Source: a virus (Duplodnaviria > Caudoviricetes). From it: a stretch of DNA of 25,430 bases. The notes beneath the pieces were generated by a model. It saw nothing but the letters and a program-made list of their open reading frames with translations. It was not told the origin of the DNA and ran no database searches. How positions within the stretch are numbered: position 1 is the first letter of the stretch; each line of letters begins with the position of its first letter. The translations under genes and the position numbers were made by a program. The stretch lies in IMG/VR virus record IMGVR_UViG_3300012953_000203, positions 1 to 25,430 of that record; one strand, written 5' to 3'. Shown piece by piece: positions 1-10,700 of this stretch.

Positions 1-96
1 GGTAAGGTTCTTTACAAGACCAGATTCTTTTACTAATACGTCAATCGCATAGTTTGAACCCTGATCAATTACGATGTCATAGTTGGCTGCACTCAT
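1..96 (-). CDS. 5' part of a collar/baseplate-upper (T5 p132/BppU-like) virion protein, truncated by the window edge
   Basis: Hand translation MSAANYDIVIDQGSNYAIDVLVKESGLVKNLT...; SD GGAG upstream (GGAGAAAGTTA-ATG); promoter at 116-157; the N-terminal 'N(Y)DIVIDQG' pattern and the position after the hub/fibre gene fit this family. Confidence 0.6.
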   Translation of the reverse strand, partial: MSAANYDIVIDQGSNYAIDVLVKESGLVKNLT

Positions 97-115
97 TAAC
101 TTTCTCCATGATGAA

Positions 116-157
116 ATTATATCCCAAAGGACATCCTTAGTCAAGTATTATTTTTTT
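116..157 (-). promoter_or_regulatory. sigma70-type promoter with A-rich UP element
   Basis: Minus strand AAAAAAATAATAC-TTGACT(144-139)-17 nt-TATAAT(121-116), intergenic, upstream of the ORF starting at 96. Confidence 0.85.
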
Positions 158-165
158 CGTGGTGT

Positions 166-564
166 TTAACTAGGTTCTGTTGGCCAATCTCCTTCTTGAA
201 TATTAGGCCAGTTTGAATTACTAGGTAAATCTCGAAGAGTTTGCCTATAAGTTGCCCACTCTGCTTTCTTAGAATCAGTTAGCGGCCCCCCAGGAAGCTG
301 AGTCCAGTCTGTAAGAAAAAGCTCGTTATCTCTGTCCTTCTTAATCAGTTTTGCCAAATCTGCATCATCTATTGTTTGTAATTCACTGTCAGATTTTGAA
401 ACTACTGCGCCATCTACAACTTTATATCTATTAGTATTAGTAACTGGGTCAGAGACTTCTAATATACTTTCTCCCGAGGGGACATCAATAAGATTTCTAC
501 CGCTTTCAGAAACATGACCAGTGCCTGTAATATTACCATTTGAGTCATAGAAAATAAAATTCAT
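166..564 (-). CDS. phage tail fibre assembly chaperone-like protein
   Basis: C-terminal motif RDNELFLTDWTQLP...AEWATYRQTLRDLP...WPTEP typical of tail-fibre assembly chaperones; ATGA overlap with the fibre gene stop. Confidence 0.8.
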   Translation of the reverse strand: MNFIFYDSNGNITGTGHVSESGRNLIDVPSGESILEVSDPVTNTNRYKVVDGAVVSKSDSELQTIDDADLAKLIKKDRDNELFLTDWTQLPGGPLTDSKKAEWATYRQTLRDLPSNSNWPNIQEGDWPTEPS

Positions 565-3500
565 CTTTTTAGCTCCAATACAAGAATTGACCTTTCTACA
601 TAGTCTAACGATGGAGAGTTAAAAGCCCCTCCAGTCTGATCTCCTATTAGATTTATTCTATTAGTTCCTGTTACCGCTGACGTTACAGAGGCTCTTATAT
701 CCATCTGCTGGTCTCCCTCCTCCACCGACATTTCACTTGAACTCACAAGAGTTCCTGACGTTGCACTTGTCTGACTACTACAATTTTGTCTTATACTAAT
801 AGTAACCCTGTAAAACCTTCCATTAGTAGGGTCTGCTACAAAACTTCCAAAAATGAATAGGTCTCCCCCTGCACTATCAATAGTCGTAGTTGCTACTACA
901 ACTGGCAGCTTCGTTGCGGATGCCGCACTTCCGCTTAGACTTTGAGCCCCCGAAGCAGAAATGGCTCCTTGGCCAATTTGATTTGTATTTACTCCTCCAG
1001 TTTTAATAATTAGATTATCACCACTTCGAGATAAAGTAATTCCATCAATATTTATACGTTGTGCACTCAAGGTATCCGAAGTAATTTTGGTGGCACTAAT
1101 AACATCGATCATTGCATTTGAAATTGCAGCATTTGCAATTATACCTGACGTTGCAGTAATAGTGTTTGTCGCTATTCTACTTGCAGCAATACTTCCTGTT
1201 GTAATCTTAGCCCCATCAATAGTTGTAGTATTATTATTTATTGCGGTAGCAACACCTGATAAATTATTTAGATCATTAAAACTCCCAGAAAAGTTAGAAT
1301 TACCTGTTCCAGCTCCCACAGCACTTCTAAAGGTAGAATTATTATTTATTGCATTCTGTAAAAATGTTTGATTAAAGCTATTTAGATCATTAGCAGCCCC
1401 AGAAAAGTTAGAATTACCTGTTCCAGCTCCTATAGCATTTCTAAAGTTACTAGCATTACTTACATTTAAATCATTAGCATTTCCAGAGAAGTTAGAATCT
1501 CCAAAACCACTTACATTAGAAGCATTAAGATTTGAGCCGCCCTGACTAAAAGTTCCTCCACTAAAGGTAACAACTCCTGTAAAATTAGTATGTTGAACAA
1601 CACTGCTGTAAGCAACTGCAATTGTAGAGGAGCTAGCACTTGCTTCTATTCCAAAATAACGAACAGTCCAATGAGTATTCGTACTACTAGGGTCCTGTGG
1701 ACGAGGAGTATTTTTCCAACAGTTTGTAGTACCTCCATCATTAATCCCAGAGCCAGTAACTATACCTGTAGAAAATGTATAAGTATTACCTCCAGGTGCT
1801 CCAGGTGCTCCTGACGAAGTTTTTTCATAATATAAATACCCCTGAATACTTCTTAATCCATCGGGCCCAGCTTGACCATCAGTGCGTTGTGCATATATAA
1901 CAGGGGCTGACCACGAAGAGTCTTGAGGAGAGTTCCCATCAGACGTAAATGTTCTTGTAATTACCCAAACTTTGTCACCATTTGCACTTATGGAGGGAAC
2001 AGAAAAGTTCCAAGCAGTATTACCGGTTCGAGGATTACTGTAGCTACCTGCGGTAGTGCTATAGCTAGGAGTAGAAGAACTCTTTTGGTATAAATTTACT
2101 TGTCTTGCACTTTGTCCTGCAGGGCCTTGTACTGTTTCTCCATCAACCCTCTTAAACGCAACTAGTGGAGTACTCCACGAAGAATCCTGAGGGGAGGTAC
2201 CATCAGACGTAAATGTTCTTGTAGAAGAATATACCTCATCCCCATCAGTACTTATTGCAGGTACAGAAAAACTCCAGCTTGAATTACCATTTAAAGGATC
2301 CGCAAAAGTACCGGCAGTAGAACTTATGGTACTATTATTTTTTCTAAATATTGTAGAAGTTCTTGAATTTACTGCATCTGTTCCCCGTAAACTTCTAAAA
2401 AATCTTTGAGTTTTTATAAAAGTACTTTCAGTTCCAGTGGTATCTTTTACCACTACAGTAAACTCAATACGTCCAGCATTTCCACTCATTCCTGTAATGT
2501 TTGCAAGAGAATGAGTATTACTAGTAGTTGTAGCAGCTCCGGCAGTAACGTTAAAAGCATTTACATTAGTAACCCTAAAACTGGGGGTAGCAAAAGGGCT
2601 ACTAGAATCATAGTTTAGTTGTGTAGAGCCTAAAAATACTTCTAAGCTTGCGGAAGTATTTGAAAAGTCTAAGCTATTATCTGAGTTAGTTGGTATAGTT
2701 GCATTATCATTGCTTAGCACAATACTTATACCATCAACAGCTCCAGATGCTTGTCCTAATACACCACTACTTGCTTTAGTAGGCTGAAAAAGAGAAAAAA
2801 CAGTTTTTATCTGAGTGCCAGAACTACCTATAGAACGAGTATCTACTGCGTACCTAACCCAATAATATCTGCTTACAAAATCTTGCGTAGTAATTGAATC
2901 AGTATAAGTATCAGACTTAACAGTAGCTATTTGTTGTGCTCCAGAGCCCCCAGTAAATGAAGACTGATTATTTCTCCATATTTCTACAGACCAGTTTGCT
3001 CTATTATAGTTTGCTGCATGACTCCAGTTAAGTACAATACCGCCCCTCTCATTTGTAGTAGCAGTAAGGCTACTTGGAGATATAGGTACAGCAGAGCCCC
3101 CAAAACTACTCTCACTTCCTATATATTGAAGCTGTCGATTTTCTTCTTGTACTAAAAAAGCATCATCATTGTGTTCTTCCGCAGAAACACTAACTAAACA
3201 GTCCGCTGTTAATCCAATGTTAGATATTCTAAATAGCTTTTGATTAAACCCAAATCGCGGATAAGTTATTCTTATAATTTCTCCTGGTAAAAGTAAAAAT
3301 CCCTTTGGAGCCATTTTAAAATTAACACTCAATCCATAGCGTGATCTTTCTAAGTATTGCTTTGCGTTTATTCTTGCATTGAAATAATTTGTTATATTTG
3401 GAGTTTTTATATCACCCTTTTTGGGCATATTTCTATCTTCTTTCAGATAGTCAGAATTAAAGAATGTTACAGAACGATCCTCAAATCTATTTGAGGGATC

Positions 3501-6500
3501 GGGAATAGAAACAGATACTGTATTATATGTTCCCTTAAGGCCCGAATCTTCAATTTGTATGCTACCTATTATATCATCTTCAGTAATTAATCCGGGATAG
3601 TAAGTAGTAGACCCAACAGTAACAGAGTCTAAGTTTGCTGCTGCTCCTGCAATATCCAAAGTATACTTACCTGAGCTATAGCGAAGAAGACCATTAAACT
3701 GTAAAAGCATATTATTAATATTATCAAAAACAGGAGACCCTGTATCAACAACAGTATTTGTCTGATGTCTTGTAACATGTCTTTGATGTTGAGCTTCCCA
3801 GCCAAGATACTTCCAGTACTTAACAAAATCAGAATCATACAAAGAGTACCCACTCAAATAGCTAGCAGTATTTGCACTGTATTTCTTAACAACAGGATTG
3901 CCGTCAAAATTTGCTTCTGATGTGTCAATATCTATATCAGTGCTTGTTCCAACTTTCCTTAAAGTAACAGTATCAGAGGTACCGGATGGAGCACTACTTG
4001 AAGTTCCTGTTCCTGATTTAATATAAACGTTTCCTGCATGCCAGAATAAATCTCCGTCCGTATATGTTTTCCAATCAAACCATTTATTTCCTAATTTTCC
4101 AGAACAATCAGTAAAGGTTACTTGTTTTTTAGTTCCGGCAGTTTCAACGGTTTTTACTTTTCCATGCCAAAAAGTAGTTCCGGTTGCAGGAAATCTATAC
4201 TTCTCTCCTACGGCTATAGAAACAGAGCCTGCGAACTGTACTGTAACATCCGAGGGAGTATCGCAATCTCTTGCTGCAGCTTTAAACCCCTCTAAGTCAA
4301 TATCATTTGTAAGATCAAGGCCTTTCCCATATCTTTTATCCTGTAGATAATCTAATAATTGTATAGCAGGATTTATACTAACTCTATCATCGCCTTCGCT
4401 TAAAATAGAAAAGGAAAAAGTAGTATCAGGTATCATATCTCCATCGAAAGCCATATCTACTTTTGCGAACTTATTTGTTCCATCATAGTCTATAATTCTG
4501 CGAGTTTGTACTCGGGCACTACCATCACTCTCTATTTTGGTAAGAACAATAACTTTACCTATATAGGCATTATCACTAGAGCTTGCATCGTTAGATAATT
4601 TTACAACATTTTTTACCAGTATTTTATTAATACCGGCAGCATTAAAATTAGCTACACTATCATGTGCGATATTATCAGCAATACCAGGATTACTAGAGGA
4701 GTAAGTAAATAGTAGGTCTTCTGAGTTTAGATTATTAATGTAAGCTTGATCAGCAGTAGTAGGGAATAAAGAAATTCTTACCCCAGTAAAGTCCTCCCAA
4801 GCTTTTGCAGTATCAGAAGTACTTGAAATTGTAACTTTTACACCTTTACTTGTTCCGGCCGCTACAGAAGCTACTGATTGTTCTAGTTTTGCTCCAACTG
4901 TACCTGTAACGCTAGGATTATCCCATGTTTCAAGATAGTATTTATTAGAGGATTGCTGCATATAAAATGCGGTAGTAAGTCCAAGTCCTAAGTCTTCTAA
5001 AAATTGAACTTTTTGTATACTTGCTCCATCTCTACCAGAGGTAGTAAAGATGTCTTTAATAGTCACACTAGAGATAATAGTAGAATTGTCTGAAGTTTTC
5101 TTTATATCAACAGTATCTCCTAGATTAAAGTTACTTATAGCTGCCGAAGTTTGAGAGTTATCATTCCCGTAGGCACGATCATAGTTATAAGAGTTTATTA
5201 GTTTTCCTCTAACAACAAAGTCTACCTCTGGGATTGAAGTCTCACCCTCTCCAATAGTGTATTGCGCTACAACATATGCTGTATCTAAAACTCTATGGTT
5301 TGTTCCCCAGTAATTTTGTTTATTACCCTCAAAATAATCTCCCTGTATCTTAAAACTATTTGATTGTGCTTTAGAAACAAGCAAAGCATCCGCCCTTTGT
5401 CCTCTTTTTCCTGTATGGACAATAAACTTTCCATCTATAGGCGTTTGTATTGAATGTCCGCTTTCATGTATTAATCCTGTGCCAACACTTGTACCTGTTG
5501 TTGAAGGCTGATTAGCAAAAGACGCACTTACTTCATCAATAATATCTTCGACTCTTCTGACTTCGCCACGTATTGCGGCAATACGATAAGCTTGTTCAAT
5601 AGCTTCACTTAAGCTTTGAGGACTAGATGTTGTAGCAGAAATAGATGCAAGTACATCTCCTCTGTCCATTCTTCCTGAGCAAAGTACATCGATAGTGTTT
5701 TCGTCTGTTTGAGTACTTCTAGTATCATTATCGTTTTTATCTAAACAAATTGAGCTAGTATCATCAAAGTACATATCATAGACACCACCTATTTCTCCTT
5801 CACAAAGAGCGTATGCTACAAAAACTTGTTTAGAATCAGTTTTATCTGTATCTACAAAAAAGGGGATACTATCTATTTTTTGTACACCATAAACAACAGG
5901 CAAATACTTTGCATCAAGATTAAATCGCAGATCGGTTTCTCTATCAACTTCTTCTTCATATGTGATCTGCTTATACTTTGAAAAGCCTAAAAATTTCTTT
6001 TTCTTTTTTAACTTATACCTAGTTTCCATCACTTGATAGATAGCTACTAAGTTTATAGCTTGTTCGGAGTGTAAAAATCCTAAATCATTAGCATACTCAG
6101 GACGAATTAAGGCGGATCTATCAGGTATAGCATTACCATCCAGTGCTCTATGTTGTTGGTCAGACGTTAGCCTTCCATTTACGCTTTGGAAGTCTCCCCA
6201 GTGGCTGGTTACTCCCCAAGATATTTTTGACCCTTTTGCAGGATCCTCTGTTAAATTAGCTGTTCCAATTATTCCCTTAAAAATAAGATAAGGAGCCCCT
6301 ATAATTCCTCCAGTAGTAGGATTAATATGAGCCTTATAAATTTGTACGTCTCGATTTATATAGCCCGCATAACTTGCATTAGTTTTATCTGCTAGTATTC
6401 CATTTACTTCGGGGGTATCAAAAGTAAGAGTAGCAGCTCTTGTGCTCGAATCAGCGGAGAGACTTCCAATTACAGCCGTTACTTCTATAGTTTTATTGTT

Positions 6501-6977
6501 ATTTGCAAAAGCATCTATTCTTACTTTTATTCCATCATTATTACCGCCTGTTGCAGAAACACGTATAACATCTCCTTCAGAAAAACCTTCTTTTACCAAA
6601 TCAAGATTAGTTATAATAGTAGAATTTGTAGTAGTAAAAATAACAGATGAAACAGTATTTAAGGATGTAGCAGAAACTAACAAATTTATAGAGCTTGCCC
6701 TAGCCTCTATTGTTTCATTTATTGTTCCTACTTGTAATAATTTACCCGCCAAATATGTCTGAATACCGTTTGAATTGCCGTCTGTAGTTTTTGATCCATC
6801 ATCAAAAGCAATATCATGAGAGCCATCCGTAATATAAGCATAATCATTTGCTCTCTGACTAGAGCCGCCTGTGAGGGTTTTAAGGGGCTTTTCAAATTTT
6901 ACTAAATGTGCATAGACAAACTCATCATTTTCTAATAATGAGGCCGTTAAAGTAGGGTTAAGGTTGCGAATTGTCAT
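561..6977 (-). CDS. baseplate hub / tail tip protein fused to central fibre (T5 pb3-like N-part, FnIII-like domain, repeat-rich fibre and C-terminal putative receptor-binding domain)
   Basis: 2138 aa directly after Dit; hub/tip motifs LPVVYG, LCEGEIGG, NPAIQLLDYL..RYGKGL, YNTVSVSIPDP, LLPGEIIRITYPRFG; FnIII-like PSSLTATT..GIVLNWS..YYWVRY; C-terminal Ser/Thr/Gly/Asn-rich repeats and I-x4 beta-helix-like repeats. Confidence 0.85.
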   Translation of the reverse strand: MTIRNLNPTLTASLLENDEFVYAHLVKFEKPLKTLTGGSSQRANDYAYITDGSHDIAFDDGSKTTDGNSNGIQTYLAGKLLQVGTINETIEARASSINLLVSATSLNTVSSVIFTTTNSTIITNLDLVKEGFSEGDVIRVSATGGNNDGIKVRIDAFANNNKTIEVTAVIGSLSADSSTRAATLTFDTPEVNGILADKTNASYAGYINRDVQIYKAHINPTTGGIIGAPYLIFKGIIGTANLTEDPAKGSKISWGVTSHWGDFQSVNGRLTSDQQHRALDGNAIPDRSALIRPEYANDLGFLHSEQAINLVAIYQVMETRYKLKKKKKFLGFSKYKQITYEEEVDRETDLRFNLDAKYLPVVYGVQKIDSIPFFVDTDKTDSKQVFVAYALCEGEIGGVYDMYFDDTSSICLDKNDNDTRSTQTDENTIDVLCSGRMDRGDVLASISATTSSPQSLSEAIEQAYRIAAIRGEVRRVEDIIDEVSASFANQPSTTGTSVGTGLIHESGHSIQTPIDGKFIVHTGKRGQRADALLVSKAQSNSFKIQGDYFEGNKQNYWGTNHRVLDTAYVVAQYTIGEGETSIPEVDFVVRGKLINSYNYDRAYGNDNSQTSAAISNFNLGDTVDIKKTSDNSTIISSVTIKDIFTTSGRDGASIQKVQFLEDLGLGLTTAFYMQQSSNKYYLETWDNPSVTGTVGAKLEQSVASVAAGTSKGVKVTISSTSDTAKAWEDFTGVRISLFPTTADQAYINNLNSEDLLFTYSSSNPGIADNIAHDSVANFNAAGINKILVKNVVKLSNDASSSDNAYIGKVIVLTKIESDGSARVQTRRIIDYDGTNKFAKVDMAFDGDMIPDTTFSFSILSEGDDRVSINPAIQLLDYLQDKRYGKGLDLTNDIDLEGFKAAARDCDTPSDVTVQFAGSVSIAVGEKYRFPATGTTFWHGKVKTVETAGTKKQVTFTDCSGKLGNKWFDWKTYTDGDLFWHAGNVYIKSGTGTSSSAPSGTSDTVTLRKVGTSTDIDIDTSEANFDGNPVVKKYSANTASYLSGYSLYDSDFVKYWKYLGWEAQHQRHVTRHQTNTVVDTGSPVFDNINNMLLQFNGLLRYSSGKYTLDIAGAAANLDSVTVGSTTYYPGLITEDDIIGSIQIEDSGLKGTYNTVSVSIPDPSNRFEDRSVTFFNSDYLKEDRNMPKKGDIKTPNITNYFNARINAKQYLERSRYGLSVNFKMAPKGFLLLPGEIIRITYPRFGFNQKLFRISNIGLTADCLVSVSAEEHNDDAFLVQEENRQLQYIGSESSFGGSAVPISPSSLTATTNERGGIVLNWSHAANYNRANWSVEIWRNNQSSFTGGSGAQQIATVKSDTYTDSITTQDFVSRYYWVRYAVDTRSIGSSGTQIKTVFSLFQPTKASSGVLGQASGAVDGISIVLSNDNATIPTNSDNSLDFSNTSASLEVFLGSTQLNYDSSSPFATPSFRVTNVNAFNVTAGAATTTSNTHSLANITGMSGNAGRIEFTVVVKDTTGTESTFIKTQRFFRSLRGTDAVNSRTSTIFRKNNSTISSTAGTFADPLNGNSSWSFSVPAISTDGDEVYSSTRTFTSDGTSPQDSSWSTPLVAFKRVDGETVQGPAGQSARQVNLYQKSSSTPSYSTTAGSYSNPRTGNTAWNFSVPSISANGDKVWVITRTFTSDGNSPQDSSWSAPVIYAQRTDGQAGPDGLRSIQGYLYYEKTSSGAPGAPGGNTYTFSTGIVTGSGINDGGTTNCWKNTPRPQDPSSTNTHWTVRYFGIEASASSSTIAVAYSSVVQHTNFTGVVTFSGGTFSQGGSNLNASNVSGFGDSNFSGNANDLNVSNASNFRNAIGAGTGNSNFSGAANDLNSFNQTFLQNAINNNSTFRSAVGAGTGNSNFSGSFNDLNNLSGVATAINNNTTTIDGAKITTGSIAASRIATNTITATSGIIANAAISNAMIDVISATKITSDTLSAQRINIDGITLSRSGDNLIIKTGGVNTNQIGQGAISASGAQSLSGSAASATKLPVVVATTTIDSAGGDLFIFGSFVADPTNGRFYRVTISIRQNCSSQTSATSGTLVSSSEMSVEEGDQQMDIRASVTSAVTGTNRINLIGDQTGGAFNSPSLDYVERSILVLELKR
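1265..1499 (-). repeat. tandem coding repeat (GxGxSNFSGxxNDLN x3) in the fibre
   Basis: 33-nt perfect direct repeat at 1284-1316 and 1398-1430 (period 114 nt = 38 aa), TATTTAGATCATTA at 1265 and 1379, and a degenerate third copy near 1465-1499. Confidence 0.9.
1877..2375 (-). repeat. 88-aa internal domain duplication in the fibre
   Basis: W(S/N)FSVP..S..GD.V...TRTFTSDGxSPQDSSWSxP...R.DG occurs twice; CATCAGACGTAAATGTTCTTGTA is identical at 1937 and 2201 (period 264 nt). Confidence 0.9.
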
Positions 6978-7729
6978 TATTGAATTTCCTCGACATTAAG
7001 AGAAAAAGAATATAAATTATTTGTATTTAGCGAATACTCTACAATATCAGATTTCATAATAACTTTTACAAGAGGATTTTTAAAAACAAAATCATCACCA
7101 GTTCCGGTAGCTTTTGCAAGCCCAGGAGTAAAGTGTATTCTTGCATCATTTGCCCCGGGACGAGTAGCTGAGGTATTTACTCCATCAGGATCATTCCAGT
7201 TAGCATTATTTTCTACTCGCGTAACCATATATGCTTTTGTATGATTTGAGCTTAATGAACTTGTTATTGTAAAAAGATCTCCTGGTTTTGGATATCCATG
7301 ACTTGAAGGAGTATATCCAGTTTTTGCAAGAGTCATAATATTTGCTCCTGCCGCTCCATTATTACTGGCATCTAAGCTAGTATTTGAATTTATAAAGCTT
7401 GAAAAGTTTGCATCTCTTGGAAGCTGGTACTGTGGTAAAGAAACAAAAAACGGCTCAAGACTTGCTCGTCTATGTAATAAAAAAGAGCTTATAGGCTCAA
7501 ACTCCTCTCGAGTAAGTGGATTATAGCTTATATTTATTTCCCAAGAATGGTAGGAAATTGCTCTAGAAATTAATATCCCAGAGTTAGTTCTAGTACGAGA
7601 AATTTTGTTATTTGATTTAAAACTTACAGAAGCAAATCCAGGTCCTGCTGTACCAATATTATGGCCCGCATCCCCAATAGAATTATTAGGATCTGGAAGT
7701 ATATCTTGAAAATTTGTAAAAGTAGCCAT
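6977..7729 (-). CDS. distal tail protein (Dit, T5 pb9-like)
   Basis: 250 aa between tape measure and hub; GPGFASVSF..TRTNSG..HSWEINISYNPLTREEF and PKPGDLF motifs; TAATG couplings on both sides. Confidence 0.8.
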   Translation of the reverse strand: MATFTNFQDILPDPNNSIGDAGHNIGTAGPGFASVSFKSNNKISRTRTNSGILISRAISYHSWEINISYNPLTREEFEPISSFLLHRRASLEPFFVSLPQYQLPRDANFSSFINSNTSLDASNNGAAGANIMTLAKTGYTPSSHGYPKPGDLFTITSSLSSNHTKAYMVTRVENNANWNDPDGVNTSATRPGANDARIHFTPGLAKATGTGDDFVFKNPLVKVIMKSDIVEYSLNTNNLYSFSLNVEEIQ

Positions 7730-10700
7730 TAGTAGCTCCTAACTCCTGCCGACTCAGGAGTATATACTGAAGTTGATACTCCCTCCATAAACGGTTTACC
7801 ATAAGAATTAGAGGCTTCTCTTAACATTCCAATAATATTTCCTCTTTGAGAAACAAGAAGCTCCTCTACTCCTGCTGCATCAACTGTACTTATGTTAAAT
7901 GTAACATTTGATGCGCCACCCATTCCAACATCTTCATTTGGAACGACTCTTCCCGGAACTTCAGGCACAAATAATTCGGGCCCCTGTTCGCCTACGACTA
8001 ATCCTGCTGAACCGCCCTCTGCTCTATATCTTCCTGCAAAACTAGGCTTAAAGTTTTGTGGACCACCCGTTCCTGATTCTCCTCTTAAATAACCAAGCTC
8101 TCCGGAAGCTGACTTGGTTTTAGCCATATCAACAGCGCTTGCTCTTTTACCCAGACTAATTGATGAAGGACCTGCTGAACTAGATTCTCCACTTCCTCCT
8201 CCCTGAAAAGAAGTGCCTGCAATAATAGCAACCTGAGCTGCACCCATTGCTGCAACTAAACCTGCTAGCGCAAAATTCCACGGTCCCCAAGGTTTAGAGC
8301 CTAAAGCTCCGACTACGCCTGCAGCCGTACTTGCTATAGCTTGAGCTATCATCATTTTTTTATTAACTTCAAAAGCCTTTCTTGCTTGTGCCTCTTTTTT
8401 CTTCTCCATTTGTGCAATCTTTTGTAAGCTAGCTTTTGATTTTCCGTCACGTTTCTTTTCTGCTTCTATCTGCTCCTCAATCGTAGCAATATTTCTCTGA
8501 TATCCTGCCTGAAGAATATTATTTACGGCCCCTATAACATTTGCAATAGTATTGGCAACAGCTCCAAATTTTTCCATTTTAGTAGAGTCTTTATCGATTT
8601 GTTCTCCTAAAGTTACAAAAGAGTCTGCAATTGTAAAAACTCCTTGAGCCATTGAAGCTATAAATTCTCCATCCGGACCAAGTTTAGACATTTCTTCTAT
8701 AAATCCTGAAACAGATTCTTTGAACAGCCCTAGTTTTTCTCTAGGATCCATGCTGTCTAATAAATCTTTCATATTATTTATGCCGGTATTTCCATCTCCA
8801 GCATCAGTACTTAAAGTGTCTTTTATGCTTTGAAATTTTTCAAATAAAGTACCCGTTGTTGTCATAGCTGCCTTTGCAGCATCAATAAGAGCGCGCTTTC
8901 TTTCCTCACCCTCGAGTTGAATAATGTTTAATGATAAGTCTCTTTGGTCTTCTGCATTCTTTTTTTGCTGGTCTTGAACAGCCTTTAGAGACCCCCTAAT
9001 ACTTTTAAAATTATCTATTGCTGCCTTATCTAACAAACCTGCAGCTCTTAACTGCTCTTCTACTAATTGAAACTTAAGCTCTGTGATCAGAGCTTCACTA
9101 TTTATAACTTTAATTCTTAACTCATACTCTTTTGCAACTGCTGTTTCTCTTTCTTTTCTAAATTTTTGGAATATAGCTAGTTCATCCGCGGCAGTAAGAT
9201 CAGAGCTGCGCTTTTTTGGATCACTTATATTATTAATCTTTGCCTGAACTCTAGCTGCCTTAGTTCGGATATCTAAAGATTTATTAATTGCTTCGTTTAA
9301 TTTAAGCTGCAGGTCTAAGGCTGCTTTTTGCTGATCAGCCTGCAGCATTTGAACCCTTAAGCCATCAGTTAGTGAATTATTATACTTTGTTTCGCCATCT
9401 AGTTGAGCCTGTCGTAAATCTTGTTGAGCTAAAAGTTCTTTGCCTCTTGCTTCAAGAGCCTCTGTTCCTTGATAAATTTGATTTATTGCTAATTTTTGAT
9501 CATCTATTTCTTGTTGTCGGAGTTTAAACCCTTCATTCCTTAGTTGAAAACTTTTTTCTAGCGCAGCTACTCCTTCGTTTGCTACTATTGTAACATCTTT
9601 TTGAGCTTGTTTATTTTTTGCAAGCGCATTTGGAAACAGTTTAATTCTGTTTACTGCTTCTTCTAAGCTTTGAATATATTTGTCAAGAAACTCTTTTCCT
9701 TCCCCACCAAAGGCTTTCTTCATTTCTTCTCCCGCTATATCAAACCCCATATTTTCTAATTTGGTTCTAAGTTCGGGAGTTAACTCTTCTATATTTGTAA
9801 ATTCGGCTCGAACTCCCTTTGCTGCATCTAAAATTTTATCATAGGGAGATGTCACTTTTGCCCCTAACTTAGACTGTTCATCTGAAAATTTTTGAACAGT
9901 ACCGGTTAAGTTAGTTAAAAATGCGCTGCCTTTCCTCGAGTCGTTTTGTATTGACTCCAATAAGTCTAGGAGTTCATTTTTTGTTAGAGTACTTCCTAAC
10001 TTTAGAAATTCTTCTAGCTGAGCAATTTGAGGCGACATAAACTCAGCAACTTTAGGAGAATTTTTTAAATCTTCAATAGATGTTTTAATAGACTCAATAG
10101 CTTCGGGACCAATTTGTCCTAAACTAGTAAAAGTAGATTTATTACTAGCGTTTAAAGTGTCTAGAATACGTAAATTTGTTTCAATTGCGGCCTTTAATTG
10201 ACGCTCTTCTCTTCTTTGAACACGAGTTAATTTACCCGCGTCTTCTAAATATCGCAGCCTTTCTTTGTCTTGAGTAATTTTAGCAGATGTAGATATAATT
10301 TGAGCATTATTTTGGTCAATTGTATCCTTAGCAAGTTCTCTTTCTAAATCAATAGTTTTTTGTATTGAATTAGCAACTTCTAGCTGTAGTCCTAGTGCTT
10401 TCTTTTGACCGTCGACTTGTCTTTTGCTTCCTTCTACTGTGGATTGTACAAATTTTTCTTCTACTTTTATTGCTCTTTCTGTACCACTTCTTATTTCCTC
10501 AAACTTTTTCTTAGTTTCATCCTCTGGAAAAAATCTTTTTGCAAAAAAGTCATATAGTAAAGGTCCAAAGGATATAAGTAATCCGATGGGTCCAAGTAAA
10601 GCAAAGAAAGCTTGACCAAGAGCACGAACACCTAGCATTGCAGCAAATGCTCCTGTCTTTATTACATTTAAGGTACTAGCATAAAGAGTATTTTTGACGC

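Noticed and set aside
1265-2375. Fibre repeats as a diversity-generating retroelement VR/TR pair or a CRISPR-like array
   Set aside because: All copies are in-frame coding repeats, differences are not adenine-specific, there is no repeat-spacer periodicity, and no reverse transcriptase or cas gene is in the window
3629-3853. Alternate-frame minus-strand 74-aa ORF inside the hub gene (likewise 21900-22091 inside terL)
   Set aside because: Nested out of frame in conserved genes with no RBS or motif; hydrophobicity is expected from an AT-rich off-frame
6003-6009. In-frame A-AAA-AAG slippery heptamer in the poly-Lys stretch (KLKKKKKF) of the hub gene
   Set aside because: A -1 shift would stop about 10 codons later; no stimulatory hairpin or SD is evident, and Lys-Lys codons make this heptamer common by chance in AT-rich genes
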